This document shows, in pieces, positions 9,392 through 19,230 of a stretch of DNA of 64,000 bases. Source of the stretch: Fibrobacterota bacterium (GTDB taxonomy: Bacteria; Fibrobacterota; Fibrobacteria; UBA11236; JADFYW01). The notes under the pieces are model-generated. The model was not told where the DNA came from and did no database searches. It worked only from the letters and a program-made list of their open reading frames with translations. Location of the stretch: contig JBHPJW010000004.1 in NCBI GenBank assembly GCA_042567505.1, positions 1,151 through 65,150 of the forward strand. Direction: 5' to 3'. Every line of letters starts with the position of its first letter. Position 1 is the stretch's first letter. Made by a program: the position numbers and the translations under genes.

Positions 9392-10267
9392 ATGAAGGCG
9401 ACACTAGCGATTATTGAGTTGTTCCGGCCACTCCAATGGATCAAAAATATTGTTGTGCTGGCTGCAATCTTCTTTTCAGGGATGTTGTTGCAGCCTCAAT
9501 ACCTTCTCCCCAGTCTCACAGCTTTCATTTTATTCTGTTTAATTTCCAGCGCCATATATTGTATTAATGACATTGCCGACCTGGTAAGCGACAGGGAACA
9601 TCCGATTAAAAAAAGAAGGCCGCTCGCTTCCGGAAGGCTTTCGACATCCACAGCCATGATTTGTTCTCTAGTCCTCATAGCGGTATCACTGTCGTCCGCT
9701 TTCCTTTTTGACATCAAATTGTTCATGGTACTAGGAGCCTATTTTCTACTCAATTGCCTGTATTCTTTCTTCCTTAAAACCATAGTGCTGGTGGATATTT
9801 TTTGCATCGCGTTTGCTTTCTTACTCAGGATTCTCGCGGGGAGTTGGGCCATAGATATCGAGCCCTCTCAATGGTTTATTCTCTGCACATTCATGCTGAG
9901 CCTCTACCTGGGTTTCTGCAAACGTTACAGCGAGCTCATTGTCACCTCTACCCATGAGATAAAACCAAGGAAAGTGCTCACAAAATATTCTCCGATTTTT
10001 TTACAGATTTTAATAGGCGCCTGCATGTCGGCTACCCTGATAACATATGGCCTATACACGGTAAGTGAGCGGACGATGGAAGTGCACCATACATCAAGGT
10101 TTATCTATTCGTTTCCCATTGTCGCATTCGGGCTTTTCCGCTATACCTACCTTATCCTGTATCTTAAAGGCTTCGGGGAAGACACAGCTCGGGATTTAAT
10201 CAAGGATATTCAGCTCATTGCCACAGTGGTTGTCTATATAGCTTCCATTTTTGTTTTAATTGTCTAA
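9392..10267 (+). CDS. UbiA-family polytopic transferase, candidate polyprenyl-phosphate 5-phosphoribosyltransferase (Rv3806c-like)
   Basis: 291 aa with about 8-9 hydrophobic spans and the Asp-rich motif INDIADLVSDREH (NDxxDxxxD). It is followed directly by DprE1-like and DprE2-like genes. Confidence 0.7.
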   Translation: MKATLAIIELFRPLQWIKNIVVLAAIFFSGMLLQPQYLLPSLTAFILFCLISSAIYCINDIADLVSDREHPIKKRRPLASGRLSTSTAMICSLVLIAVSLSSAFLFDIKLFMVLGAYFLLNCLYSFFLKTIVLVDIFCIAFAFLLRILAGSWAIDIEPSQWFILCTFMLSLYLGFCKRYSELIVTSTHEIKPRKVLTKYSPIFLQILIGACMSATLITYGLYTVSERTMEVHHTSRFIYSFPIVAFGLFRYTYLILYLKGFGEDTARDLIKDIQLIATVVVYIASIFVLIV

Positions 10268-10393
10268 GAGACGGTGCTTTTTCAGTTGGCAGGATTTATT
10301 GTAGAGGAACGGGATTGGCTCCTTCTCCTTCACTTCTGACTTTTTTATCATAAGGTAGTTATCTCTACTCTCTAAAATCTTAACCTTACTCCT

Positions 10394-11743
10394 ATGACTC
10401 TTCCTACTACTCTCATGAACGGCTGGGGGCAGTTTCGCCCCCTTGAGGCGTTTGTCCAATTTCCCAGGTATCCTGAGGAAGCGATGGCAAGTGATGGTTA
10501 CGGGACTCATCCGAGGGGAAGGGGGAGGAGCTATGGAGACGCAGGCCTGCCTGCATCAGGATATGTGTCAGTTGACACTCGCTTTTTAGATAATTTTATC
10601 GATTTTGATGGGAACTCTGGCGTCTTAACCACAGAACCAGGGGTTACCCTCCAGCAGATTCTGAGGGACTTTGTTCCCAAAGGATATTTTCTTCCAGTCA
10701 CTCCGGGCACAATGTTTGTCAGTCTGGGTGGGGCGGTGGCCAGCAATGTGCACGGAAAAAATCACCATTGCCATGGATCCATTGAGCATTTCATCGAGGG
10801 CATGCAGGTCCAGACGCCGAAGGAACTGTTATGGTGCTCACGAAATGAAACCCCTGAACTATTTAATGCAACCGTGGGAGGATATGGCCTCACGGGTTTG
10901 ATACGGCAAATAAAACTCAAATTGCTTCCGATTGAAACTTCCTATATCAAAGAGCGCACAGTTAGATCTAAGAATCTGGAAGGTTTATTTCGATTGTTTA
11001 AAGAGGAAGATGGACATTACCCGTATTCTGTTGCCTGGATAGACGCTCTGGCCCGGGGGAAAGCCATGGGGAGGGGAGTTCTCATGTTGGGCCGGCATGC
11101 GGAAAGAAACGACCTTACAGGAAAAGAGAAGGAAAACTATTTAAGTCATACAAATTCAAAAAAAGGCAGTGTGCCGGTGAATATGCCGTCCTTTTTCTGT
11201 AATTCTTTTAACATGAAGGCTTTTAATTACCTGTTTTATAAAAAAAGTAGAGATCATGCGGGGGTTATAAAGAATTACGAGTCTTTTTTTTATCCTTTGG
11301 ATCGGCTCTTAAACTGGAACAGGATGTATGGAAAATCCGGATTTCTGCAATACCAGTGCTGTGTCCCGGATCCTCATAGCGAGGAAGGTATATCCAAGTG
11401 CCTGGAATTTTTAACTGACCGCAAACTGGGTTCCTTTCTTTCTGTCCTCAAACGTTGCGGGGATGATACCGTAGCGTTGCCGTTCTGCAAAAAAGGCTAT
11501 ACTCTTGCGCTCGATATACCTTATCGATCAGAAAAAACCCTGGAACACCTGGATGAACTGGACAAATTGGTGATTGAGTATAATGGCAAGGTATATCTGA
11601 CCAAAGATGCCAGATTATCTCCGGAAGCCTTCCGGGCCATGTATCCGGAATTTCCACGCTGGATGAGATCAATAAAAAAGTATAATCCGGATGGGAAAAG
11701 TTCCTCCCGGTTAGCAGAAAGGCTTGAATTATGGAAACTGTAG
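10394..11743 (+). CDS. FAD-linked oxidase, DprE1-like (polyprenyl-phospho-ribose 2'-oxidase candidate)
   Basis: 449 aa. Has GRGRSYGDAG near the N-terminus and a VAO/FAD_binding_4-type architecture. Its size and gene context match DprE1. Confidence 0.65.
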   Translation: MTLPTTLMNGWGQFRPLEAFVQFPRYPEEAMASDGYGTHPRGRGRSYGDAGLPASGYVSVDTRFLDNFIDFDGNSGVLTTEPGVTLQQILRDFVPKGYFLPVTPGTMFVSLGGAVASNVHGKNHHCHGSIEHFIEGMQVQTPKELLWCSRNETPELFNATVGGYGLTGLIRQIKLKLLPIETSYIKERTVRSKNLEGLFRLFKEEDGHYPYSVAWIDALARGKAMGRGVLMLGRHAERNDLTGKEKENYLSHTNSKKGSVPVNMPSFFCNSFNMKAFNYLFYKKSRDHAGVIKNYESFFYPLDRLLNWNRMYGKSGFLQYQCCVPDPHSEEGISKCLEFLTDRKLGSFLSVLKRCGDDTVALPFCKKGYTLALDIPYRSEKTLEHLDELDKLVIEYNGKVYLTKDARLSPEAFRAMYPEFPRWMRSIKKYNPDGKSSSRLAERLELWKL

Positions 11744-12465
11744 CCGTGTTTGGCTCAACGTCGGGTATCGCCAGGGCAGTGGTGGGAGAACTAATCAGCC
11801 AGGGATATAATGTCGTTCTCTGTGCCAGGAGCAGCGAGGCATTGGAAAGGCAGGCCCGGGATATCAAAGTTAAGCACGGGAAGCAGATCGAGACCATTAC
11901 ATGGGACGTGCTCGACTTCGGGCGCCATAGAGAAAAAGTAAAGCACCTTGTTGAAAATCACCATATTACCGGGGCAGTTATTGCTGTGGGAGTAATGCCC
12001 TCCCAGGAAGACAGTGAACAGAACTATGGCCTGATCCAGGAAGTGTTTCAGACCAACCTGACAGGTCCGGTCATACTCATGACTGCACTGGCTCATTATT
12101 TTCAGAAAAAAAGAAGTGGTTTTATATGTTGTATCTCTTCTGTGGCGGGTGACCGGGGGCGGCAAAGCAACGCTATCTATGGCTCGTCCAAAGGAGGACT
12201 ATCCACGTATCTGCAGGGACTCAGGAACAAGCTTGCCCCTTATCATGTATTGGTACAGACTGTGAAACCAGGACAGGTGAGAACGCCCATGACTGCCCAC
12301 ATGAAGGATTCTCCCTTATTTGCGGATCCTGAGCGGGTCGCCAAGGACATCGTCAAAGGTTTGGAAAAAAAACGGGAAGTTGTTTATTCGCCCTTTTACT
12401 GGAGAGTAATCATGGGTATCATCAGGATCATACCGGAGTTCCTCTTCAAGCGCATGAAGTTATGA
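11731..12465 (+). CDS. Short-chain dehydrogenase/reductase, DprE2-like
   Basis: 244 aa. Cofactor motif VFGSTSGIARAV and catalytic YGSSK (YxxxK). The start overlaps the preceding oxidase gene by 13 nt. Confidence 0.65.
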   Translation: METVAVFGSTSGIARAVVGELISQGYNVVLCARSSEALERQARDIKVKHGKQIETITWDVLDFGRHREKVKHLVENHHITGAVIAVGVMPSQEDSEQNYGLIQEVFQTNLTGPVILMTALAHYFQKKRSGFICCISSVAGDRGRQSNAIYGSSKGGLSTYLQGLRNKLAPYHVLVQTVKPGQVRTPMTAHMKDSPLFADPERVAKDIVKGLEKKREVVYSPFYWRVIMGIIRIIPEFLFKRMKL

Positions 12466-12493
12466 CCAGTTTTCATATCTCCCAGAAAGACCT

Positions 12494-12522
12494 TTGACTT
12501 TGAGTTAAAAAAGGTGCATAAT
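12494..12522 (+). promoter_or_regulatory. Candidate sigma70-like promoter (TTGACT, 17-nt spacer, CATAAT)
   Basis: Read by eye in the 250-nt AT-rich gap between the SDR and the next gene: -35 at 12494-12499 and -10 at 12517-12522. The host promoter consensus is unknown. Confidence 0.25.
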
Positions 12523-12662
12523 CTAGGTAATAATTTGCCTCTATCGTGAATATGGCCTTGTTATCTTCAAACCTATTACATCCTAATAATGGAATTAGTA
12601 AAAACCATTTGCTTTCATACCGCGATTTAAGTTATAATTAGAATAGTTTGAGTTTTTTGAGG

Positions 12663-12679
12663 ATAGTCCATGGGACTAT
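12663..12679. repeat. Perfect 17-nt palindrome ATAGTCCATGGGACTAT
   Basis: 7-bp arms and a 3-nt centre, 37 nt upstream of the TTG start at 12716. It could be an operator or a small hairpin. Confidence 0.5.
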
Positions 12680-12715
12680 CAATAGCGGAGCTTTATTCAA
12701 AATAGTAAGTAGCTC

Positions 12716-13855
12716 TTGAAAATCCCCTTTTTTCAGCCCTGCATTGATGGAGAAACAGAATTGTCTGTTCTGGAAGTTTTGCGATCTGGATGGCTAACAA
12801 CCGGTTCAAAAACATTGGAATTTGAAAAAAAATTCGCTGAATATGTTGGTACCGATAATGCAGTCATGGTAAATTCCGGTACGGCCGCTCTGCATCTGTG
12901 TATGGCAGCTCTTGATTTGCAGCCGGGTGATGAGGTGATAACCACGCCCTATACTTTCGCTGCCACGGCGGAGGTGGTTGAATACTTTAATGCCAAACCG
13001 GTGTTTGTTGATGTGCGGAAAGACACCTTGAATATCAATGAAAAGTCCATAGAAGAACGAATCAACTCAAGGACCAGGGCCATCATTCCGGTGCATTTTG
13101 CCGGTCACCCTTGTGAGATGAATACGATAATGGAAATAGCGGACAGGCATAATCTTCTTATCGTTGAGGACGCCGCTCATTGCACTCCAGCGTATTATCA
13201 AGGCAGGCCGGTTGGCTCTTTGGGCCACTGCACCTGTTTCAGTTTTTATGCCAACAAATGTATCACCACCGGTGAGGGAGGGATGGTCACCACTGCTGAT
13301 TCTTCGTTGGCGGATAAAATACGCAGCCTTCGGCTGCACGGTTTGTCCAAAGACGCCGTTAACCGGTATCAGAAATCGGGCTCCTGGGAATATGATATAA
13401 TTGCCAGGGGATATAAATATAATCCCACGGATATTTCCGCGGCCATTGGCCTTGGACAACTTAAACAAGCCGACTCCTTTCACCGGGAAAGAAAAAAAAT
13501 TGCAGCCTGGTACACAGAACGGCTTCAAGACATCCCGGAGATCCATATACCAAAGGAAGCCGGTGGCGTGGATTCATCCTGGCACCTTTTCCCAATTCGA
13601 TTGTGCGGCCAGCTTCAGGGGAGGAGGAACGGAGTGATAGACGAATTAAGGAAAAGGGAGATTTCCGTGAGCGTTCATTTTAAGCCGCTGCATCTGCATT
13701 CCTATTATGCGGACAAATACGCGTACCGGCCGGAAGACTTTCCTGTAGCTAATGAAGCATACCAGGGACTAATCACTTTGCCGGTCTATCCCGGTTTAAA
13801 TGATAAGCAAGTGGACTTCATAGTTAAAAACCTGATTGAAATCCTGCATGAGTGA
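12716..13855 (+). CDS. DegT/DnrJ/EryC1/StrS-family PLP sugar aminotransferase
   Basis: N-terminus KIPFFQPCIDGETELSVLEVLRSGWLTTG, then EDAAHC, and the PLP-lysine context FSFYANKCITTGEGG. The conserved N-terminus requires the TTG start. Confidence 0.85.
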   Translation: MKIPFFQPCIDGETELSVLEVLRSGWLTTGSKTLEFEKKFAEYVGTDNAVMVNSGTAALHLCMAALDLQPGDEVITTPYTFAATAEVVEYFNAKPVFVDVRKDTLNINEKSIEERINSRTRAIIPVHFAGHPCEMNTIMEIADRHNLLIVEDAAHCTPAYYQGRPVGSLGHCTCFSFYANKCITTGEGGMVTTADSSLADKIRSLRLHGLSKDAVNRYQKSGSWEYDIIARGYKYNPTDISAAIGLGQLKQADSFHRERKKIAAWYTERLQDIPEIHIPKEAGGVDSSWHLFPIRLCGQLQGRRNGVIDELRKREISVSVHFKPLHLHSYYADKYAYRPEDFPVANEAYQGLITLPVYPGLNDKQVDFIVKNLIEILHE

Positions 13856-13940
13856 TGGCTGTTTGAAAATTGGTCCTGAAGCATTTAAGCTGGCGGAATC
13901 AGGCATGCCTGCAATATGATCTGATAAAAGGGGCGATGGA

Positions 13941-14756
13941 ATGAATTGGTTACTAAAAGCGCTTTATGCCATTTTGCCAAAACGGATTATAGATACACTG
14001 GGCGCTTCGGGTGTTTTAAGGCCATTGAGAGATTTTATGCTCCGTCCTCAGGGGAGGGAAAAACTGTGTGTGGAAAGCATACATTGGAAAGGGTACAACT
14101 TCAGATTCACCGCCCCCATCAGCATAGCGGTCAAGGCGAAAAAGAAAGGAATTGAGAGCACGCTGCTTACCCGTTACCTGCACTACCAAAAAGATGACTT
14201 TGTTATTTTGGATGTTGGCGCGAATTACGGATTTTTATCATTGGTTTTTGGAAACAGTGTTGAAGCGAACCATGGCCGCGTCTTTTCCTTTGAACCGGAC
14301 CCGGAAACTTATCAGGTCCTGACGCAAAACATCAGGTTGAACCAAATGGACAACACTATCCTGACCTTTAACCTTGCGGTCTGCGCTTCCGGCGGCAAAG
14401 TTGCAATGGAGAAACACCAAACCAGCAGCGTGATCGCAGACAAGGCCTCTCAAGTCGCGGGCGCGTACCAGATAGACGGGATTTCTCTCGACGAGTTCAC
14501 CCGGCAGCATTCTCTGGATAAAGTGGATTTCATAAAGATAGATGTAGACGGCGCCGAGCTGGAAGTGTTGAGAGGCGCTTTAGGCACTATAAAACAATTC
14601 CGTCCGATTATAGTCATTGAAATCGATGAGGTTTATGAGGAGGTGGGTCATTTGTTAAAGGACATCGGCTACAGGTATGAAGACCTCTGGGGAAAGGCCG
14701 TGGACCTGGCTGCCATGGAAGGGGTGTTGAACGTGTTTTGTATTCCTCTTCCATGA
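13941..14756 (+). CDS. FkbM-family SAM-dependent methyltransferase
   Basis: ILDVGANYGFLS (motif I) and FIKIDVDGAELEVLRGA (FkbM signature). Confidence 0.8.
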   Translation: MNWLLKALYAILPKRIIDTLGASGVLRPLRDFMLRPQGREKLCVESIHWKGYNFRFTAPISIAVKAKKKGIESTLLTRYLHYQKDDFVILDVGANYGFLSLVFGNSVEANHGRVFSFEPDPETYQVLTQNIRLNQMDNTILTFNLAVCASGGKVAMEKHQTSSVIADKASQVAGAYQIDGISLDEFTRQHSLDKVDFIKIDVDGAELEVLRGALGTIKQFRPIIVIEIDEVYEEVGHLLKDIGYRYEDLWGKAVDLAAMEGVLNVFCIPLP

Positions 14757-15892
14757 ACCTGCTAATAATCTCGCATACTCCGCATTATAGAACCCGGGAA
14801 GGCCGAACCATGGGATTAACGCCGACCGTGCGGGAAAATGAATATATCGCGGATCTTTTCAACAATGTGACCGTAATGGGATTTTTGCATGAAGCAAATC
14901 CGACTGAACCTTTAAGCGGATACGCTTGCCCCAAGATAAGGTTCAAACCGCTTTGGCCGTCGGGCGGCGATTCCCTGATGGATAAACTTAAGGTTGTTAT
15001 CACTTCGTTCAGCTACCTCTTTGCCATTCATGCGGAAGCCAGGAAACTTAAGTCCTCTGATTGGGTTTATGTCCGTTGCCCCTGCAATATCGCCCTGATT
15101 GCCTGCCTTTATCTGATTTTTTTCCGAAGGCCACGGCGATGGTTCAAGTATGCGGGAAACTGGAAGCCGGAAACCGGAACGGCTTTCTCTTACAGGTTAC
15201 AGAGATTCATTTTGCGGCATAACTTGTGCAGGGGGAAAGTCACTATAAATGGTGAATGGAAAAACCAACCGGGTCATGTGCTGAGTTTTTATAATCCCTG
15301 CTGCTCAACACAGGAGGTAGAGGAGGCAGAAAAGTTCACTGGATTAAAGAAACTGGAGCCTCCTTTTGAAATGCTGTTTGTTGGACGTATCGAGCATGAA
15401 AAAGGCGTTGGGCGGATTCTGGAGATTGCGGAGAAGCTTAAACAAAGGAAAGCGGCGTTCCATATTAACCTGGTGGGCGAGGGAAAGGACAGAAACGCCT
15501 TAGAGTCCCGATGCCGGAGCGCCCAACTGGAGGGGCATATAGACTTTACTGGATTTAAATCTGCAGAAGAATTAAAGCTGTTATATCAAAAGGCACAGCT
15601 CTTTATTCTTCCATCTCTTTCAGAGGGTTGGCCAAAGGTTTTGTCCGAGGCTATGAACTATTTTTGCATACCGATTGCCAGTGACGTTTCCAGCATTCCC
15701 CAGGTGTTCAAGAAATTTGACTGCGGAATAGCCCTGCCGGGAGATGAAATCGATATGTGGGTGGAAAAGATAATCAGCCTTTTGGGAGATCCGGAAAAGT
15801 GGGGCAGGCTGGGCGGAAACGGCAAGCGGGCCATGAGTAATTTCACCTATGAGAAAATGGTAAAAGAAATAAGGGAAAAGGTTCTGGTTTGA
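14753..15892 (+). CDS. GT4-family (GT-B) glycosyltransferase
   Basis: C-terminal GRIEHEKGV...PSLSEGWPKVLSEAM (E-x7-E region). I prefer the ATG at 14753, which forms an ATGA overlap with the upstream stop; the track start is 14738. Confidence 0.75.
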   Translation: MNLLIISHTPHYRTREGRTMGLTPTVRENEYIADLFNNVTVMGFLHEANPTEPLSGYACPKIRFKPLWPSGGDSLMDKLKVVITSFSYLFAIHAEARKLKSSDWVYVRCPCNIALIACLYLIFFRRPRRWFKYAGNWKPETGTAFSYRLQRFILRHNLCRGKVTINGEWKNQPGHVLSFYNPCCSTQEVEEAEKFTGLKKLEPPFEMLFVGRIEHEKGVGRILEIAEKLKQRKAAFHINLVGEGKDRNALESRCRSAQLEGHIDFTGFKSAEELKLLYQKAQLFILPSLSEGWPKVLSEAMNYFCIPIASDVSSIPQVFKKFDCGIALPGDEIDMWVEKIISLLGDPEKWGRLGGNGKRAMSNFTYEKMVKEIREKVLV

Positions 15893-16038
15893 GTTGTTTT
15901 TTATTTTTTCTTAAGGCGTTCAAGTCCAGCAATCAGTATATGCCACAAAACACCCATTCTCCCTCCTTATCTGTAAAAAAGAGTGAAAATAGAAGGTATT
16001 GAGAGGAAGAAGAAACTCACGGAAGTGCATAAAATATC

Positions 16039-17139
16039 ATGACCCGGAACACATTCTATAATTTATTGCTTGAAGAGATATTAGATAAAATTCATGAATA
16101 TCACCCTAAGAATATCGATCCTGTAATTCCATTTAAGCAGAGAGGGCGATTCCAATTGATAAGAAGGTTTCTTAAAAAAGCAATCTCAATAATTGGAAAA
16201 CGGTTGTGGTGGTATAATAAATTTGTTGTAGAAAAAGTTGATTTCGTAGGTGTGAATAAGTTATTTGAACTGCTATCGGATCAGCGCTCAAAAAAATTGT
16301 TGATAAAAATATTATGTTTTAGGCTTCTCGGTCATGAAAAGGTTGTTCTGCCTCTGAACACAGATGGATACTGGCAAAAGAGAAAAAGAGTGAAATCACT
16401 CATTAAAAGTGATGAGAGGATCCCCATTTCCCACGCCTTTTTGACATCCCTTTCCTATTGTGAATTATCAGAAATTGGATATGATATCAAATTGTTTACT
16501 GAAACAGAGGGGGTTGTCAACACCTTTATTTTAAGGCAGTATGAATATGCGAAGGAAAACACCTTAATAAGGGTGGAAAAAGGGGATGTGGTAATTGATG
16601 GTGGAGCGTGTTGGGGTGACACATCTTTACATTTCGCCAACGAGGCAGGAAAAAAAGGTTTTGTCTACTGTTTTGAATTTGTCGCTTCTAATATAAGCAT
16701 AATAAAACGTAACATGGAGTTAAATCCCGCGCTTAAGCACAGGATGAGAATAATTGAACATCCATTAGCGGAAATATCAGGTCAAGAAATTTATTACGCT
16801 GATGATGGACCTTCCACCAAAATTAAAAAGAATGAAAAATCTAACGATGATAAAAAAGCAAAAACTTTATCAATCGACGATTTTGTAGACGAATACCACG
16901 TACCTAAAGTTGATTTTATAAAAATGGATATAGAAGGCTCCGAACTTAGTGCTTTAAAAGGAGCGGAAAAAACATTAAAAACATTTAGGCCAAAGCTGGC
17001 CATTTCTGCCTATCATAAGTTAAATGATTTCGCAGAGATAGCCTTTTTTATATCGTCATTAAAAATGAGATTTAAAATATACCTTGACCATTTTACCATA
17101 TATGAAGGTGAAACGATTTTATTTGTAGAATTTATTTAA
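16039..17139 (+). CDS. FkbM-family SAM-dependent methyltransferase (second copy)
   Basis: VIDGGACWGDTSLHFA and FIKMDIEGSELSALKGA. The gene is visibly more AT-rich than its neighbours. Confidence 0.8.
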   Translation: MTRNTFYNLLLEEILDKIHEYHPKNIDPVIPFKQRGRFQLIRRFLKKAISIIGKRLWWYNKFVVEKVDFVGVNKLFELLSDQRSKKLLIKILCFRLLGHEKVVLPLNTDGYWQKRKRVKSLIKSDERIPISHAFLTSLSYCELSEIGYDIKLFTETEGVVNTFILRQYEYAKENTLIRVEKGDVVIDGGACWGDTSLHFANEAGKKGFVYCFEFVASNISIIKRNMELNPALKHRMRIIEHPLAEISGQEIYYADDGPSTKIKKNEKSNDDKKAKTLSIDDFVDEYHVPKVDFIKMDIEGSELSALKGAEKTLKTFRPKLAISAYHKLNDFAEIAFFISSLKMRFKIYLDHFTIYEGETILFVEFI

Positions 17140-17147
17140 TAAAATAT

Positions 17148-18065
17148 ATGAATCTCGGTTATATGCATAATCTTTATGCTGAGTCACTTTCGGAATTCGG
17201 GTCTGTGGTTGAATTGTCCCAATGTAGGGCATGGATTATCAGACGCCAGGTCCCGGACACCCAATTTTATGATGCCATGGGATGTTATCCTATTTTTTCC
17301 TGTGGAAAATGGTCCAAGCTTTATAATGATTTAGAGTCAATAAAGAAAGGCATAGTATGCTTATCAATGGTAACGGATCCCTTTGGCGATTATGAGGTTG
17401 ATTATCTGCGGAAATGTTTTCCTGACGTGGTCATTCCTTTTAAAAAACATTTTGTTATTGATTTAAGTGAGCGGCCGGAATCATTCGTAAGCTCACACCA
17501 CCTCAGGAATGCCCGTAAGGCCCTTGACAATCTTGAAATAGAATTTTGCAGGGAACCTGCGCAGTTTCTTAATGACTGGAATGGGCTCTATTCTGTTTTA
17601 ATCCAAAGGCATGGCATCAAAGGCATAACGGCCTTCTCAAAATCTTCTTTTAAAAAACAGCTGTCAGTGCCCGGTCTTTACCTGTTCCGGGCCCTTCATG
17701 AGGGCAGTACTGCCGGCATGATCCTGTGGTATGTCCAGGGACAGGTCGGATATTATCACCTGGGGGCCTATAGCGATACCGGGTATGATCATAAGGCCTC
17801 TTTCGCCCTGTTCCGGCATTGCATAGGTTTTTTTGCGGACCTGGGGCTTGAATGGCTCAGCCTGGGGGCCGGGGCCGGGGTGGCGAACGATCAGAAAGAC
17901 GGGCTGACCAGGTTCAAACAGGGATGGTCGACAGGAGAGAGAACGGCCTGGTTCTGCGGCCGGATTTATGACAAGCAAGAATATTCCAAGCTGGTAAAAT
18001 TGAAAAACGTCAGGGGCAGTGATTATTTTCCCGCCTATCGCAAGGGTGAGTTTGAGCAGGATTGA
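17148..18065 (+). CDS. FemAB-like / GNAT-fold acyl(aminoacyl)transferase
   Basis: 305 aa. The C-terminal half GMILWYVQGQVGYYHLGAYSDTGYDHKASFALF...DGLTRFKQGWS resembles the FemAB/BioF2-like GNAT family often found next to ACP genes in glycan loci. Confidence 0.5.
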   Translation: MNLGYMHNLYAESLSEFGSVVELSQCRAWIIRRQVPDTQFYDAMGCYPIFSCGKWSKLYNDLESIKKGIVCLSMVTDPFGDYEVDYLRKCFPDVVIPFKKHFVIDLSERPESFVSSHHLRNARKALDNLEIEFCREPAQFLNDWNGLYSVLIQRHGIKGITAFSKSSFKKQLSVPGLYLFRALHEGSTAGMILWYVQGQVGYYHLGAYSDTGYDHKASFALFRHCIGFFADLGLEWLSLGAGAGVANDQKDGLTRFKQGWSTGERTAWFCGRIYDKQEYSKLVKLKNVRGSDYFPAYRKGEFEQD

Positions 18066-18134
18066 GCCGTCAAGGTCAATTATTAATCGTTGATAACAGT
18101 TCATGGAGGACATATAATTAGAGGAAATCTATTT

Positions 18135-18368
18135 ATGGAACAGAAACTTATAGAATTAATATCATCTCTTTTAAGGCTGAAAAGGGAAGCTATCACTGAT
18201 TCCTTGTCCATGAAAGAAACGGATGTATGGGACTCGTTGAAGCACATGGAGTTGATAGTTTCCATTGAAGAGACTTTTGGGATTGAACTTCAAGTCAATG
18301 AAATATTAGCAATGCAGAGTGTGAAGGAAATCAAGAGAGTTCTCACGGAGAGGGGAGTAATGGATTGA
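18135..18368 (+). CDS. Acyl/peptidyl carrier protein
   Basis: 77 aa with the phosphopantetheine-serine context DVWDSLKHMELIVSIEETF. SD GAGGAAA lies 7 nt upstream of the ATG at 18135; the track start at 18090 is probably too long. Confidence 0.75.
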   Translation: MEQKLIELISSLLRLKREAITDSLSMKETDVWDSLKHMELIVSIEETFGIELQVNEILAMQSVKEIKRVLTERGVMD

Positions 18369-18369
18369 A

Positions 18370-19119
18370 ATGGAATTAAACGGTAAAAAGGCAATCGTCA
18401 CGGGAGGGGTGAGGGGAATCGGTTATGCCATAGTGAAACAGCTAATCGGAGAGGGAGCTCTGGTCGGCGTGTTTGACATCAATAGCGAAGGATTGAATGA
18501 AATCCAGGATGAGTATAAGGACATACGTACCTACCAGTGCGATCTTACTGAACCGCAGCAGGTCGAGGACTGCATTAACAGGTTTTTTGCCGAATGCGGT
18601 GAAATCAATATTCTAATAAACAATGCCGGCCTTCTTTTCAATTCCCCGCTGGTCCAGTTTTCCGCGGAGGGTATCAGAAAGCACGACATTAAAGCGTGGG
18701 ACAAGGCTATATCCATCAACCTGAGTTCCCTCTTCTACATGGCGGTGAATGTTGCGGAAAAAATGCTATTCAAGAGGACTAAGGGCGTCATCGCCAACAT
18801 AAGTTCTGTGTGCGCCTGCGGGAACAGGGGGCAGTCGGCCTATTCTGCAGCCAAGGCCGGAGTGAACGCACTTACCGCGACATGGGCGAAAGAATTAGGA
18901 GTAATGGGGATCCGGGTGGTCGGGATAGCTCCGGGTTACACAGACACGGAATCGACTCATCAGGTGCTGAATGAGGAGGTCTTGAAAGACATCAAGAGGG
19001 ACATACCCCTGAGGCGGCTGGGCAAGGCCGAAGAGATTGCCGAAGGGGTCGTTTCAGTAATAAGGAATGATTTTTTCAACGGCAAGGTCTTTGAGATTGA
19101 CGGAGGGCTGGTTTTATAA
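18370..19119 (+). CDS. SDR, 3-oxoacyl-ACP reductase (FabG)-like
   Basis: TGGVRGIGYA cofactor motif, NNAG, and catalytic YSAAKAG (YxxxK). Confidence 0.8.
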   Translation: MELNGKKAIVTGGVRGIGYAIVKQLIGEGALVGVFDINSEGLNEIQDEYKDIRTYQCDLTEPQQVEDCINRFFAECGEINILINNAGLLFNSPLVQFSAEGIRKHDIKAWDKAISINLSSLFYMAVNVAEKMLFKRTKGVIANISSVCACGNRGQSAYSAAKAGVNALTATWAKELGVMGIRVVGIAPGYTDTESTHQVLNEEVLKDIKRDIPLRRLGKAEEIAEGVVSVIRNDFFNGKVFEIDGGLVL

Positions 19120-19230
19120 TTTCATGCGCTGCCGCGGAAGAATGAGTTGGAACCTGACGCCGTCTTGACTTCCCATAAGGCTCGGGAGAAAATCGGCGGC
19201 CTGAATGAACACTGAATAAGAAAACATTAC

